Of a DNA stretch of 64,000 nucleotides, positions 45,701-58,357 are shown in pieces. This stretch comes from Dudresnaya verticillata (Eukaryota). The notes under the pieces are model-generated. The model was not told the origin of the DNA. It ran no database searches and was given only the letters and a program-made list of their open reading frames with translations. Positions within the stretch are counted from its first letter, which is position 1. Each line of letters begins with the position of its first letter. The stretch is taken from the NCBI GenBank assembly GCA_977862235.1, contig OZ374558.1:1426001-1490000 (forward strand), given 5' to 3'. Position numbers and translations under genes: made by a program.

Positions 45701-47145
45701 CCAAGGGTTGGACTTGGAGGAGCCATCGAGGAGGAGTGTTGAGGACATGGTCGCTGGCGCCTCACGTCACGGGTCAGGCACCCCAGATGGCACCCTGGCA
45801 CGCTGTCACCAAACCTTCCGGAGACGACAGCCCTTTTTCCGGGCTTCCAAAATCACGGCGCATTTAGGCCTTTTGCAAAAGCAACGTGAAACGGGCTTCT
45901 GATTGGTTGTTACAAACCGCCTCCATGGTCTATATGGCTTACAAGTGTTGTGCTGGAATTGGCGGTTATAACAGGAACGGCCAAGTGGAACGATCTGATT
46001 GGACCACATGGATGCACGTGGTATGGCATGGAATGGTGTTGGTATGACTCGCACTGTACTCCACAAGTACACATGAACGTGCCATGCAATGTGCTGATGG
46101 CGTCCGAGTTGGTACTGCAGGGACTTGCGCTACGTGGAGCCTGACTTGTGATATCAGCAGATGCAGTTGTTGTGCGGCCGACACGTTGGTTTACAGTTGG
46201 CACGTAGCTGTTGTGCGGCCGACACGTTGGTTTACAGTTGGCACGTAGCTGTCGTGCGGCCGACACGTTGGTTTACAGTTATCACGTAGCTGTCGTGCGG
46301 CCGATACGTTGGTTTACAGCTGCCACGTAGGCAAATCTGGGTGATTACGTGGTCAATGATCCAAGTTGGATATTCATGGACGGACTTGAGCTGGTAAGTG
46401 CCGCCACGTGGTGTGCAGTGTTGTCCGACAGCAGCCATGCGGGGACACTCGATACTTTCACGTTCCCGCCCAAAGTTGGAGTACATATGGATGGCAGGAA
46501 ATGCGGTCGCAAGAGGGATTGCTGATGTCAGCAGTTAGCAACACTGGTGTGCAAGTTCCCGCCCATTTTGGTGGCGGATGTGAGTGTGCTGAGAGCATGA
46601 TTTGGTAGATTTAATTGCTTTACTTTTTCCCGCCCATTTGATGATAGGGACTTTGGGCGTATCTTTAATGATTTGTTTTGTTTGTGTTCACGCAGCAACT
46701 CATCCGAAAAGCTGATATAAGCCTTGTCGGATGGTCGACTGCAGTAAACGAAGTCAAGCGACTTCCATTTCTCATCTTGTTCAACTTCAACCTCTCCATA
46801 TTCCTTTACATTGGAGTACATATGGATGGCAGGAAATGCGGTCGCAAGAGGGATTGCTGATGTCAGCAGTTAGCAACACTGGTGTGCAAGTTCCCGCCCA
46901 TTTTGGTGGCGGATGTGAGTGTGCTGAGAGTATGATTTGGTAGATTTAATTGCTTTACTTTTTCCCGCCCATTTGATGATAGGGATTTTGGGCGTTTCTT
47001 TAATGATTTGTTTTGTTTGTGTTCACGCAGCAACTCATCCGAAAAGCTGATATAAGCCATGTCGGATGGTCGACTGCAGTAAACGAAGTCAAGCGACTTC
47101 CATTTCTCATCTTGTTCAACTCCAACCTCTCCATATTCCTTTTCA
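39755..47145 (+). mobile_element. Chimeric copia element E4 with an extra partial LTR
   Basis: 5' LTR 39755-40787, ORF, different-subtype LTR 45737-46810, then partial LTR 46811-47145 matching the 5' LTR. Outer TSD CTCTA at 39750-39754 and 47146-47150. Confidence 0.95.
41420..45742 (+). CDS. Copia gag-pol polyprotein, 1440 aa
   Basis: Intact ORF with all motifs; shares diagnostic variants with E3. Confidence 0.98.
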   Translation: MTDTEAEMDTSSGVKIPRFHGRRGDDYSLWRHRLRAACRIKGVWNAVHTSNDTPSSSQSTGEASADTSILHARTLAKREKACGIIISALGDAPLRVVMEVDDDPKRMLELLDSRYASSRTVSRIAVQTKLFRMTYTGQNMSNYVDQYTSLFAQLDRMGNDSAIPETHKAPMLLASIDPSCHLESTAAALRTKDAAELTWDYVATTLIDEYNAKDSHGSNAGGRSSKSKSRRKKKKKSASSGSRQQHNPLDDNDDSDDSSDIESTVRALAVALKSAKQAHSTPNRHLHCDVCDKDGHTADRCYLNPENPNNKLPPKVRQMFTNQGKKGNANSAVAASGKNNGKSAKVEIAGASVEMTTVVPPNDQGTYADSGATVHCFHSMTSFVPSSVSRCEKRTVVLADKSSVTSDLCGDVILPFEHANIRLKKALFIPQMGYNLVSTGRLADKGIESHFRRLDVRLVLDSDGYYIGSGVRDASSGMYMLPEPEPHTSEEQVLAVPSTQQTTELWHRRLAHINFRDLAKVHEHVEGVPELGSTHEVCRACRLGKAHKQSFPGHFRPAKAVGDLVHSDIVGPIQISFPDRFRYATTFLDDKSRFLVVACMRSRRMLSAAFDQASAKFIELGGAEITKLHSDGAQEYLALQKDLGGVGDSGKSFSPPYTPELNGIAERVNRTMVEAALTLLIQADLPGCLWPFALKHVNYVRNRVPHSTVGATPYSVMTGDVPDLKHLRVFGCAAYVLRLPRGSKFESRALEGVHLETLEHGIYRILVTGGDGIPRVVESRHVTFDESKFPGAPSLLEYGQDEADSDEDYESNSEASICNSDSDEDVSLGNFEDEEDAIEVDTPSSPPLPPSEPSSFESDDTAEEENVSDSPPAGVSSDPERQQQSRYPRRQRRQTSKWFMASSAQAEQQVALTTGDEPTLREAMSATPEERGLWQSAIDDEFASLESKGTWVRDDSPGAQPLPTHAVLKVKRKSDGTVERFKARVVAGGNFQTYGEDYMETYAPVVSFSLVRMFLYLVLCLNLFVAQLDVKTAFLNGDLAEHVWVMSPRGIPGRESLCYKLLKAMYGLKQAHLAWHTKLCGDLARMMFEELPSAPCVFRRKSKSSGYAYILVYVDDLLILAPTKAERDAIVKELQGLYDLRLSEGVDLFLGVELGWKLDSDGRFVSLKMTQQVYTESVLRRFGLQNSKPACTPMVESFFTGLAAEEDKAVVSVETYQQMIGSLLYLGLRTRLDILASVLILARFQKAPTAYCHRGVKRVLRYLRGTHKHGVTYQSGSTRIQAYVDADYAGDTTDRKSMSGYMVKLGDAVCIWGSKKQSTVALSTCESEYYAMTLAAKETVWVTRVLKEADLNVEGPVPLRSDNQSAINWATGERCPSGRAKHIDVRVHFIRELVADSVLEVVYVPSEDNDADLLTKPLGPTLLNRILPRVGLGGAIEEEC

Positions 47146-47290
47146 CTCTACCGCCATCTCGCTTGCCATACCAGACTGCAAGCTCACCACACCCCGCTGT
47201 CTACACCCGCCCCTGCCGCCCTCCCCATCAAGCCGCGCACCTCGCGCACCAACTCTACCGCACCGCGCAGGGCATGTCAAAGTGCGCGTG

Positions 47291-50200
47291 ATAGGGACCA
47301 CTTTCAACAGACAACAAGCAGACAGGACAGGACACAAGCCGACAGGACAGGACACAAGCAGACAGGACAGGCCAGGCCGGGACCGGACAGTATCAAGAAT
47401 GAAAAGAAAAAGGAAGAAGGTTGCAGCGAAGCGATGAAGTCTGCGTAGGTCGACCTTCTGGGCCCATAACCTGAAAAGGAATATGGAGAGGTTGAAGTTG
47501 AACAAGATGAGAAATGGAAGTCGCTTGACTTCGTTTACTGCAGTCGACCATCCGACATGGCTTATATCAGCTTTTCGGATGAGTTGCTGCGTGAACACAA
47601 ACAAAACAAATCATTAAAGAAACGCCCAAAATCCCTATCATCAAATGGGCGGGAAAAAGTAAAGCAATTAAATCTACCAAATCATACTCTCAGCACACTC
47701 ACATCCGCCACCAAAATGGGCGGGAACTTGCACACCAGTGTTGCTAACTGCTGACATCAGCAATCCCTCTTGCGACCGCATTTCCTGCCATCCATATGTA
47801 CTCCAACTTTGGGCGGGAACGTGAAAGTATCGAGTGTCCCCGCATGGCTGCTGTCGGACAACACTGCACACCACGTGGCCGCACTTACGAGCTGAAGTCC
47901 GTCCATGAATATCCAACTTGGATCATTGACCACGTAATCACCCAGATTTGCCTACGTGGCAGCTGTAAACCAACGTGTCGGCCGCACGACAGCTACGTGG
48001 CAACTGTAAACCAACGTGTCGGCCGCACGACAACTGCATCTGCTGATATCACAAGCCAGGCTCCACGTAGCGCAAGTCCCTGCAGTACCAACTCAGACGC
48101 CATCAGCACATTGCATGGCACGTTCATGTGTACTTGTGGAGTACAGTGCGCGTCATACCAGTACCATTCCATGCCATACCACGTGCATCCATGTGGTCCA
48201 ATCACATCGTTCCACTTGGCCGTTCCTGTTATAACCGCCAATTCCAGCACAACACTTGTAAGCCATATAGACCATGGAGGCGGTTTGTAACAACCAATCA
48301 GAAGCCCGTTTCACGTTGCTTTTGCAAAAGGCCTAAATGCGCCGTGATTTTGGAAGCCCGGAAAAAGGGCTGTCGTCTCCGGAAGGTTTGGTGAAAGCGT
48401 GCCAGGGTACCATCTGGGGTACCTGACCCGTGACTTGAGGCGCCAGCAACCATGTCCTCAACACTCCTCCTCGATGGCTCCTCCAAGTCCAACCCTTGGT
48501 AGAATCCTATTGAGCAAAGTGGGCCCGAGTGGCTTTGTCAGCAAGTCCGCGTCGTTGTCTTCTGACGGCACATACACCACTTCCAGAACAGAGTCGGCGA
48601 CAAGTTCGCGAATGAAGTGTACACGAACGTCGATGTGCTTGGCACGACCAGACGGACAGCGTTCTCCAGTAGCCCAATTGATGGCAGACTGGTTGTCTGA
48701 TCTCAATGGAATCGGGCCTTCGACGTTCAAGTCAGCCTCCTTCAGCACTCGCGTGACCCAAACCATCTCTTTCGCAGCCAGAGTCATTGCATAGTACTCC
48801 GACTCGCAAGTTGAGAGAGCAACAGTTGACTGCTTCTTGGATCCCCAAATACACACTGCATCTCCCAGTTTCACCATGTAACCAGACATAGATTTTCGGT
48901 CTGTGGTGTCACCGGCATAGTCAGCGTCCACATAAGCTTGGATACGAGTGCTTCCGGACTGGTACGTAACTCCATGCTTGTGAGTGCCTCGAAGATATCG
49001 CAGAACCCTCTTTACACCACGGTGACAGTACGCAGTTGGAGCCTTCTGGAACCGTGCGAGGATAAGCACAGAGGCCAAAATGTCCAGCCTTGTGCGAAGC
49101 CCCAAGTACAGAAGTGACCCGATCATCTGCTGGTACGTCTCAACCGACACGACGGCCTTGTCCTCTTCGGCGGCAAGTCCAGTGAAGAAAGACTCAGCCA
49201 TCGGCGTACAAGCCGGCTTAGAGTTCTGAAGTCCAAATCGACGAAGAACACTTTCCGTGTAGACCTGTTGAGTCATCTTGAGGGACACAAATCTGCCATC
49301 AGAGTCTAGCTTCCATCCAAGCTCGACTCCGAGGAAGAGGTCAACCCCTTCAGACAGCCGTAGATCGTAGAGGCCCTGCAGTTCCTTAACAATGGCGTCT
49401 CTCTCCGCCTTTGTGGGTGCGAGGATGAGCAAGTCATCAACGTACACCAAGATGTATGCGTATCCAGAAGACTTGGATTTGCGACGAAACACGCAAGGTG
49501 CACTTGGCAATTCCTCAAACATCATCCTAGCAAGGTCACCACACAGCTTGGTGTGCCAAGCTAGGTGAGCCTGTTTTAGCCCATACATAGCTTTCAGAAG
49601 TTTGTAACAGAGAGATTCCCTTCCAGGAATCCCACGCGGTGACATTACCCACACGTGTTCTGCCAGATCACCATTCAGGAAAGCCGTCTTCACGTCTAGC
49701 TGTGCAACAAACAGGTTCAAACACAGTACCAAGTATAGGAACATGCGCACCAGCGAGAACGACACAACTGGGGCGTATGTTTCCATGTAGTCTTCACCAT
49801 ACGTCTGGAAGTTTCCACCAGCGACGACCCGCGCTTTGAAGCGCTCGACGGTCCCGTCGGACTTGCGTTTAGCTTTCAGCACGGCGTGCGTTGGAAGCGG
49901 CTGTGCACCGGGACTGTCATCACGGACCCAAGTGCCTTTGGATTCCAAGGATGCGAACTCATCATCAATGGCAGATTGCCACAACCCGCGCTCCTCCGGA
50001 GTGGCAGACATGACCAGTCCGAGTTGAAAATAGAGGCCTCTGAGTTAGACTCGTAATCTTCATCCGAATCTGCCTCGTCGTGCCCATATTCCAACAGGCT
50101 TGGAGCACCCGGGAATTTGGACTCGTCGAATGTGACATGCCGCGACTCAACCACACGAGGTATACCGTCACCGCCAGTGACCAATATCCTGTAGATCCCA

Positions 50201-53200
50201 TGCTCTAGAGTCTCCAAGTGCACCCCCTCAAGTGCACGAGACTCGAACTTGGATCCGCGTGGGAGCCTTAGGACATATGCAGCACATCCAAACACTCTTA
50301 AATGTTTTAAATCAGGAACATCACCTGTCATGACCGAGTATGGCGTAGCCCCAACGGTTAAGTGTGGTACCCGATTGCGCACGTAGTTGACATGCTTCAG
50401 TGCAAACGGCCACAAACATCCCGGTAGATCAGCCTGGATCAGCAAAGTCAGGGCAGCTTCCACCATGGTTCGGTTCACCCTTTCCGCGATTCCATTGAGC
50501 TCCGGAGTATAAGGTGGGGAGAAGGATTTGCCACTGTCTCCAACTCCTCCCAAATCTTTCTGCAAAGCCAAATACTCCTGAGCCCCGTCTGAGTGGAGTT
50601 TTGTTATTTCCGCTCCTCCAAGCTCGATAAACTTTGCTGAAGCTTGATCAAATGCTGCACTCAACATACGGCGACTTCTCATACATGCGACGACCAAGAA
50701 ACGGGATTTATCATCCAGAAACGTCGTGGCATACCGGAAACGATCGGGAAAGGAGATCTGGATTGGACCAACAATGTCGGAATGCACGAGATCACCGACA
50801 GCTTTGGCCAGGCGGAAGTGCCCTGGGAATGATTGTTTGTGTGCTTTCCCAAGTCTACAAGCCCGACACACTTCATGAGTGGAGCCCAACTCCGGAACAC
50901 CCTCAACATGCTCGTGCACTTTGGCCAAGTCCCGAAAATTAATGTGGGCAAGACGTCGATGCCAGAGCTCAGTAGTCGCTGCGTGCTGGGGACAGCCAGT
51001 ACTTGCTCCTCCGAAGTGTGCGGCTCGGGTTCTGGTAGCATGTACATTCCAGAACTCGCATTGCGAACACCGGATCCAATATAGTACCCATCAGAGTCGA
51101 GTACCAAGCGCACGTCCAAGCGGCGAAAGTGGGATTCAATTCCTTTATCTGCCAAACGCCCAGTAGAGACAAGATTGTATCCCTGAAAAGGAATATGGAG
51201 AGGTTGGAGTTGAACAAGATGAGAAATGGAAGTCGCTTGACTTCGTTTACTGCAGTCGACAATCCGACATGGCTTATATCAGCTTTTCGGATGAGTTGCT
51301 GCGTGAACACAAACAAAACAAATCATTAAAGAAACGCCCAAAATCCCTATCATCAAATGGGCGGGAAAAAGTAAAGCAATTAAATCTACCAAATCATACT
51401 CTCAGCACACTCACATCCGCCACCAAAATGGGCGGGAACTTGCACACCAGTGTTGCTAACTGCTGACATCAGCAATCCCTCTTGCGACCGCATTTCCTGC
51501 CATCCATATGTACTCCAACTTTGGGCGGGAACGTGAAAGTATCGAGTGTCCCCGCATGGCTGCTGTCGGACAACGCTGCACACCACGTGGCCGCACTTAC
51601 CAGCTCAAGTCCGTCCATGAATATCCAACTTGGATCATTGACCATGTACTCACCCAGACTTGCCTACGTGGCAGCTGTAAACCAACGTGTCGGCCGCACG
51701 ACAGCTACGTGGCAACTGTAAACCAACGTGTCGGCCGCACGACAGCTACGTGCCAACTGTAAACCAACGTGTCGGCCGCACAACAACTGCATCTGCTGAT
51801 ATCACAAGTCAGGCTCCACGTAGCGCAAGTCCCTGCAGTACCAACTCGGACGCCATCAGCACATTGCATGGCACGTTCATGTGTACTTGTGGAGTACAGT
51901 GCGAGTCATACCAACACCATTCCATGCCATACCACGTGCATCCATGTGGTCCAATCAGATCGTTCCACTTGGCCGTTCCTGTTATAACCGCCAATTCCAG
52001 CACAACACTTGTAAGCCATATAGACCATGGAGGCGGTTTGTAACAACCAATCAGAAGCCCGTTTCACGTTGCTTTTGCAAAAGGCCTAAATGCGCCGTGA
52101 TTTTGGAAGCCCGGAAAAAGGGCTGTCGTCTCCGGAAGGTTTGGTGAAAGCGTGCCAGGGTACCATCTGGGGTACCTGACCCGTGACGTGAGGCGCCAGC
52201 GACCATGTCCTCAACACTCCTCCTCGATGGCTCCTCCAAGTCCAACCCTTGGTAGAATCCTATTGAGCAAAGTGGGCCCGAGTGGCTTTGTCAGCAAGTC
52301 CGCGTCGTTGTCTTCTGACGGCACATACACCACTTCCAGAACAGAGTCGGCGACAAGTTCGCGAATGAAGTGAACACGAACGTCGATATGCTTGGCACGA
52401 CCAGACGGACAGCGTTCTCCAGTAGCCCAATTGATGGCAGACTGGTTGTCTGATCTCAATGGAGCGGGGCCTTCGACGTTCAAGTCGGCCTCCTTCAGCA
52501 CTCGCGTGACCCAAACCGTCTCTTTCGCAGCCAGAGTCATTGCATAGTACTCCGACTCGCAAGTTGAGAGAGCAACAGTTGACTGCTTCTTGGATCCCCA
52601 AATACACACTGCATCTCCCAGTTTCACCATGTAACCAGACATAGATTTTCGGTCTGTGGTGTCACCGGCATAGTCAGCGTCCACATAAGCTTGGATACGA
52701 GTGGTTCCGGACTGGTACGTAACTCCATGCTTGTGAGTGCCTCGGAGATATCGCAGAACCCTCTTTGCACCGCGGTGACAGTACGCAGTTGGAGCCTTCT
52801 GGAACCGTGCGAGAATAAGCACAGAGGCCAAAATGTCCAGCCTTGTGCGAAGCCCCAAGTACAGAAGTGACCCGATCATCTGCTGGTACGTCTCAACCGA
52901 CACGACGGCCTTGTCCTCTTCGGCGGCAAGTCCAGTGAAGAAAGACTCAACCATCGGCGTACAAGCCGGCTTAGAGTTCTGAAGTCCAAATCGACGAAGA
53001 ACATTTTCCGTGTAGACCTGTTGAGTCATCTTGAGGGACACAAATCTGCCATCAGAGTCTAGCTTCCATCCAAGCTCGACTCCGAGGAAGAGGTCAACCC
53101 CTTCAGACAGCCGTAGATCGTAGAGGCCCTGCAGTTCCTTAACAATGGCGTCTCTCTCCGCCTTTGTGGGCGCGAGGATGAGCAAGTCATCAACGTACAC

Positions 53201-56200
53201 CAAGATGTATGCGTATCCAGAAGACTTGGATTTGCGACGAAACACGCAAGGTGCACTTGGCAATTCCTCAAACATCATCCTAGCAAGGTCACCACACAGC
53301 TTGGTGTGCCAAGCTAGGTGAGCCTGTTTTAGCCCATACATAGCTTTCAGAAGTTTGTAACAGAGAGATTCCCTTCCAGGAATCCCACGCGGTGACATTA
53401 CCCACACGTGTTCTGCCAGATCACCATTCAGGAAAGCCGTCTTCACGTCTAGCTGTGCAACAAACAGGTTCAAACACAGTACCAAGTATAGGAACATGCG
53501 CACCAGCGAGAACGACACAACTGGGGCGTATGTTTCCATGTAGTCTTCACCATACGTCTGGAAGTTTCCACCAGCGACGACCCGCGCTTTGAAGCGCTCG
53601 ACCGTCCCGTCGGACTAGCGTTTAACTTTCAGCACGGCGTGCGTTGGAAGCGGCTGTGCATCGGGACTGTCATCACGGACCCAAGTGCCTTTGGATTCCA
53701 AGGATGCGAACTCATCATCAATGGCAGATTGCCACAACCCGCGCTCCTCCGGAGTGGCAGACATGGCCTCTCGAAGAGTGGGCTCATCTCCAGTTGTGAG
53801 GGCAACCTGTTGTTCAGCTTGTGCAGAGCTTGCCATAAACCATTTCGACGTCTGGCGACGTTGGCGACGAGGATATCGACTCTGTTGGTGGCGTTCTGGG
53901 TCTGAACTCACACCAGCCGGAGGATTGTCAGAGACGTTTTCTTCCTCAGCCGTGTCATCAGATTCGAATGAGCTGGGTTCTGATGGAGGTAGTGGAGGTG
54001 AAGAAGGTGTGTCAACTTCAATTGCATCCTCTTCATCCTCAAAGTTACCCAGCGATACATCGTCATCAGAGTCCGAGTTGAAAATAGAGGCCTCTGAGTT
54101 AGACTCGTAATCTTCATCCGAATCTGCCTCGTCGTGTGAAAAGGAATATGGAGAGGTTGAAGTTGAACAAGATGAGAAATGGAAGTCGCTTGACTTCGTT
54201 TACTGCAGTCGACCATCCGACATGGCTTATATCAGCTTTTCGGATGAGTTGCTGCGTGAACACAAACAAAACAAATCATTAAAGAAACGCCCAAAATCCC
54301 TATCATCAAATGGGCGGGAAAAAGTAAAGCAATTAAATCTACCAAATCATACTCTCAGCACACTCACATCCGCCACCAAAATGAGGCGGGAACTTGCACA
54401 CCAGTGTTGCTAACTGCTGACATCAGCAATCCCTCTTGCGACCGCATTTCCTGCCATCCATATGTACTCCAACTTTGGGCGGGAACTCGAAAGTATCGAG
54501 TGTCCCCGCATGGCTGCTGTCGGACAACACTGCACACCACGTGGCCGCACTTACGAGCTGAAGTCCGTCCATGAATATCCAACTTGGATCATTGACCACG
54601 TAATCACCCAGATTTGCCTACGTGGCAGCGGTAAACCAACGTGTCGGCCGCACGACACCTACGTGGCAACTGTAAACCAACGTGTCGGCCGCACGACAAC
54701 TGCATCTGCTGATATCACAAGCCAGGCTCCACGTAGCGCAAGTCCCTGCAGTACCAACTCGGACGCCATCAGCACATTGCATGGCACGTTCATGTGTACT
54801 TGTGGAGTACAGTGCGAGTCATACCAACACCATTCCATGCCATACCACGTGCATCCATGTGGTCCAATCAGATCGTTCCACTTGGCCGTTCCTGTTATAA
54901 CCGCCAATTCCAGCACAACACTTGTAAGCCATATAGACCATGGAGGCGGTTTGTAACAACCAATCAGAAGCCCGTTTCACGTTGCTTTTGCAAAAGGCCT
55001 AAATGCGCCGTGATTTTGGAAGCCCGGAAAAAGGGCTGTCGTCTCCGGAAGGTTTGGTGACAGCGTGCCAGGGTGCCATCTGGGGTGCCTGACCCGTGAC
55101 GTGAGGCGCCAGCGACCATGTCCTCAACAATCCCATCTGCGGGATGAAGAGGGCCTTCTTGAGCCGAATATTGGCATGCTCAAACGGCAGAATCACATCT
55201 CCACATAGGTCTGAGGTGACAGACGACTTGTCCGCAAGCACTACAGTACGCTTTTCGCAGCGCGATACTGAGCTCGGTACAAAAGAAGTCATTGAGTGGA
55301 AGCAATGCACAGTTGCTCCACTGTCGGCATACGTTCCTTGGTCGTTCGGAGGAACAACAGTAGTCATCTCAACCGATGCACCGGCGATTTCTACCTTTGC
55401 AGATTTACCATTATTCTTACCAGATGCAGCTACCGCCGAGTTGGCGTTGCCCTTTTTGCCCTGGTTGGTGAACATCTGTCGCACCTTTGGAGGAAGCTTG
55501 TTGTTAGGATTTTCCGGATTTAGATAGCATCGATCCGCGGTGTGTCCATCCTTGTCGCAAACATCACAGTGAAGGTGCTGGTTCGGGGTGGAGTGAACCT
55601 GCTTGGCGGACTTGAGTGCAACCGCCAACGCACGGACGGTGGATTCAATATCAGAAGAGTCATCGGAGTCGTCGTTGTCATTCAGCGGGTTGTGTTGCTG
55701 GCGAGAACCTGACAACGCGGACTTCTTTTTCTTCTTCCGACGACTCTTCGACTTACTGGATCTCCCACCTGCGTTTGATCCATGAGAATCTTTGGCGTTG
55801 TACTCATCGATCAGCGTGGTTGCGACGTAGTCCCAAGTCAGCTCAGCAGCATCTTTGGTGCGAAGAGCTGCAGCTGTTGACTCCAGGTGGCAGGACGGAT
55901 CAATGGAAGCAAGCAGCATAGGTGCCTTATGTGTCTCCGGTATCGCCGAGTCGTTGCCCATGCGGTCGAGTTGGGCGAACAGTGACGTGTACTGGTCGAC
56001 ATAGTTGGACATATTCTGACCGGTGTACGTCATACGGAATAGCTTGGTCTGTACGGCGATACGGGATACGGTTCGACTGGACGCATAGCGCGAGTCCAAT
56101 AGCTCCAGCATGCGTTTGGGGTCATCATCAACCTCCATAACGACGCGAAGCGGAGCATCACCAAGTGCGGAGATAATGATCCCGCAAGCCTTCTCACGTT

Positions 56201-58357
56201 TGGCCAAGGTTCTGGCGTGAAGAATGGAAGTATCCGCTGAGGCCTCTCCAGTTGACTGTGAGCTGCTCGGTGTGTCGTTTGAGGTGTGGACAACATTCCA
56301 AACCCCTTTGATGCGGCATGCGGCACGAAGGCGATGACGCCAGAGACTGTAGTCGTCACCTCTCCTGCCGTGGAAACGAGGTATCTTGACCCCGCTCGAA
56401 GTATCCATCTCGGCTTCGGTATCAGTCATCGCTGTTGGGACTGATGCTGAGAAGAGATAACTTGAATAGTTTTAGAAAACTTGGTGAACTTGGGGCAGTG
56501 CTGTTAGTGCAACAGTGTCGATGCCCAGAGGGTAATAGTCGTGCTAAGCAGAGCAGTGCAGCTCACACAACGAAGACGTGACGACGAAACTGAGAAATGT
56601 GTCGAACACGTCGGTAATATAATACAGTCACAAGCGGAGCACACTTTGCCAAGTAGCTCCCACGCTTGGAGTAATGAAACTCTCAGGTGATGATGGGATC
56701 ACCTGGACTGAAGAAGAAAAGTTGAAACTTGAAGTTGAAAAGTTGATTCTTGATAGTTGAACGTCTTTTTGATGCGGGATGTTCTGGCACCAGGTTCTAC
56801 CTAGTCACCCCTAGGAGTCGGACTCCTGGCCCCCGGATATGATTCTCCGGGTGAAATGCGTCTTTCAGCAGCCCTTTCGTGTCGTGCGCACACAGACACG
56901 AAGTATGCAATCCTTACGAGACGTCCACCTTATGGGTACTAACTCAAAACGAGTGTTCACCACACGAACAGGTCCAGTCTCTTGCAGGAATGGAACTAGG
57001 CCCAACCGTGTCAAGGTTCTGGATCTTACTGGAGGCTGCTCCCCTAGGCCAACGAGGTCCTGACTTAACGAGAGTCACCACGCACAACACTCAACCTCTC
57101 AGCAAGCTCACGGACCAAGACAACAGCGGACGAGAGCCTCGAGAACTCTCTCACAAAATCAGAGACACAAGCCGACACAGTGGGATAGGGACCACTTTCA
57201 ACAGACAACAAGCAGACAGGACAGGACACAAGCCGACAGGACAGGACACAAGCAGACGGGACAGGCCAGGACGGGACCGGACAGTATCAAGAATGAAAAG
57301 AAAAAGGAAGAAGGTTGCAGCGAAGCGATGAAGTCTGCGTAGGTCGACCTTCTGGGCCCATAACCTAAAGAGGAATATGGAGAAGTTGGAGTTGAACAAG
57401 ATGAGAAATGGAAGTCGCTTGACTTCGTTTACTGCAGTCGACCATCCGACATGGCTTATATCAGCTTTTCGGATGAGTTGCTGCGTGAACACAAACAAAA
57501 CAAATCATTAAAGAAACGCCCAAAATCCCTATCATCAAATGGGCGGGAAAAAGTAAAGCAATTAAATCTACCAAATCATACTCTCAGCACACTCACATCC
57601 GCCACCAAAATGGGCGGGAACTTGCACACCAGTGTTGCTAACTGCTGACATCAGCAATCCCTCTTGCGACCGCATTTCCTGCCATCCATATGTACTCCAA
57701 CTTTGGGCGGGAACTCGAAAGTATCGAGTGTCCCCGCATGGCTGCTGTCGGACAACACTGCACACCACGTGGCCGCACTTACGAGCTGAAGTCCGTCCAT
57801 GAATATCCAACTTGGATCATTGACCACGTAATCACCCAGATTTGCCTACGTGGCAGCTGTAAACCAACGTGTCGGCCGCACGACAGCTACGTGGCAACTG
57901 TAAACCAACGTGTCGGCCGCACGACAACTGCATCTGCTGATATCACAAGCCAGGCTCCACGTAGCGCAAGTCCCTGCAGTACCAACTCAGACGCCATCAG
58001 CACATTGCATGGCACCTTCATATGTACTTGTGGAGTACAGTGCGCGTCATACCAGTACCATTCCATGCCATACCACGTGCATCCATGTGGTCCAATCAGA
58101 TCGTTCCACTTGGCCGTTCCTGTTATAACCGCCAATTCCAGCACAACACTTGTAAGCCATATAGACCATGGAGGCGGTTTGTAACAACCAATCAGAAGCC
58201 CGTTTCACGTTGCTTTTGCAAAAGGCCTAAATGCGCCGTGATTTTGGAAGCCCGGAAAAAGGGCTGTCGTCTCCGGAAGGTTTGGTGAAAGCGTGCCAGG
58301 GTACCATCTGGGGTACCTGACCCGTGACGTGAGGCGCCACCGACCATGTCCTCAACA
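47291..58357 (-). mobile_element. Defective copia element E5 (tandem remnant, interrupted by E6)
   Basis: Leader stub plus PBS 47291-47471; LTR 47472-48463; RH-RT-IN 48458-51183 with a ~300-bp deletion at ~50013 and a frameshift at ~50977; PR-gag 55135-56429; 5' LTR 57366-58357. Confidence 0.92.
51184..55129 (-). mobile_element. Copia element E6 lacking PBS, gag, PR and IN core, nested in E5
   Basis: LTRs 51184-52216 and 54137-55129; TSD ATCCC at 51179-51183 and 55130-55134; only the IN tail, RT and RH remain, with a stop at 53615. Confidence 0.93.

Noticed and set aside
46168..46331. 41-bp repeats as a CRISPR array
   Set aside because: Units are head-to-tail with no unique spacers, lie inside LTRs, and no cas genes are present.
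25915..46810. E3 and E4 as arms of one large inverted duplication
   Set aside because: Each has its own TSD and unrelated flanks; they are independent insertions of one sublineage.
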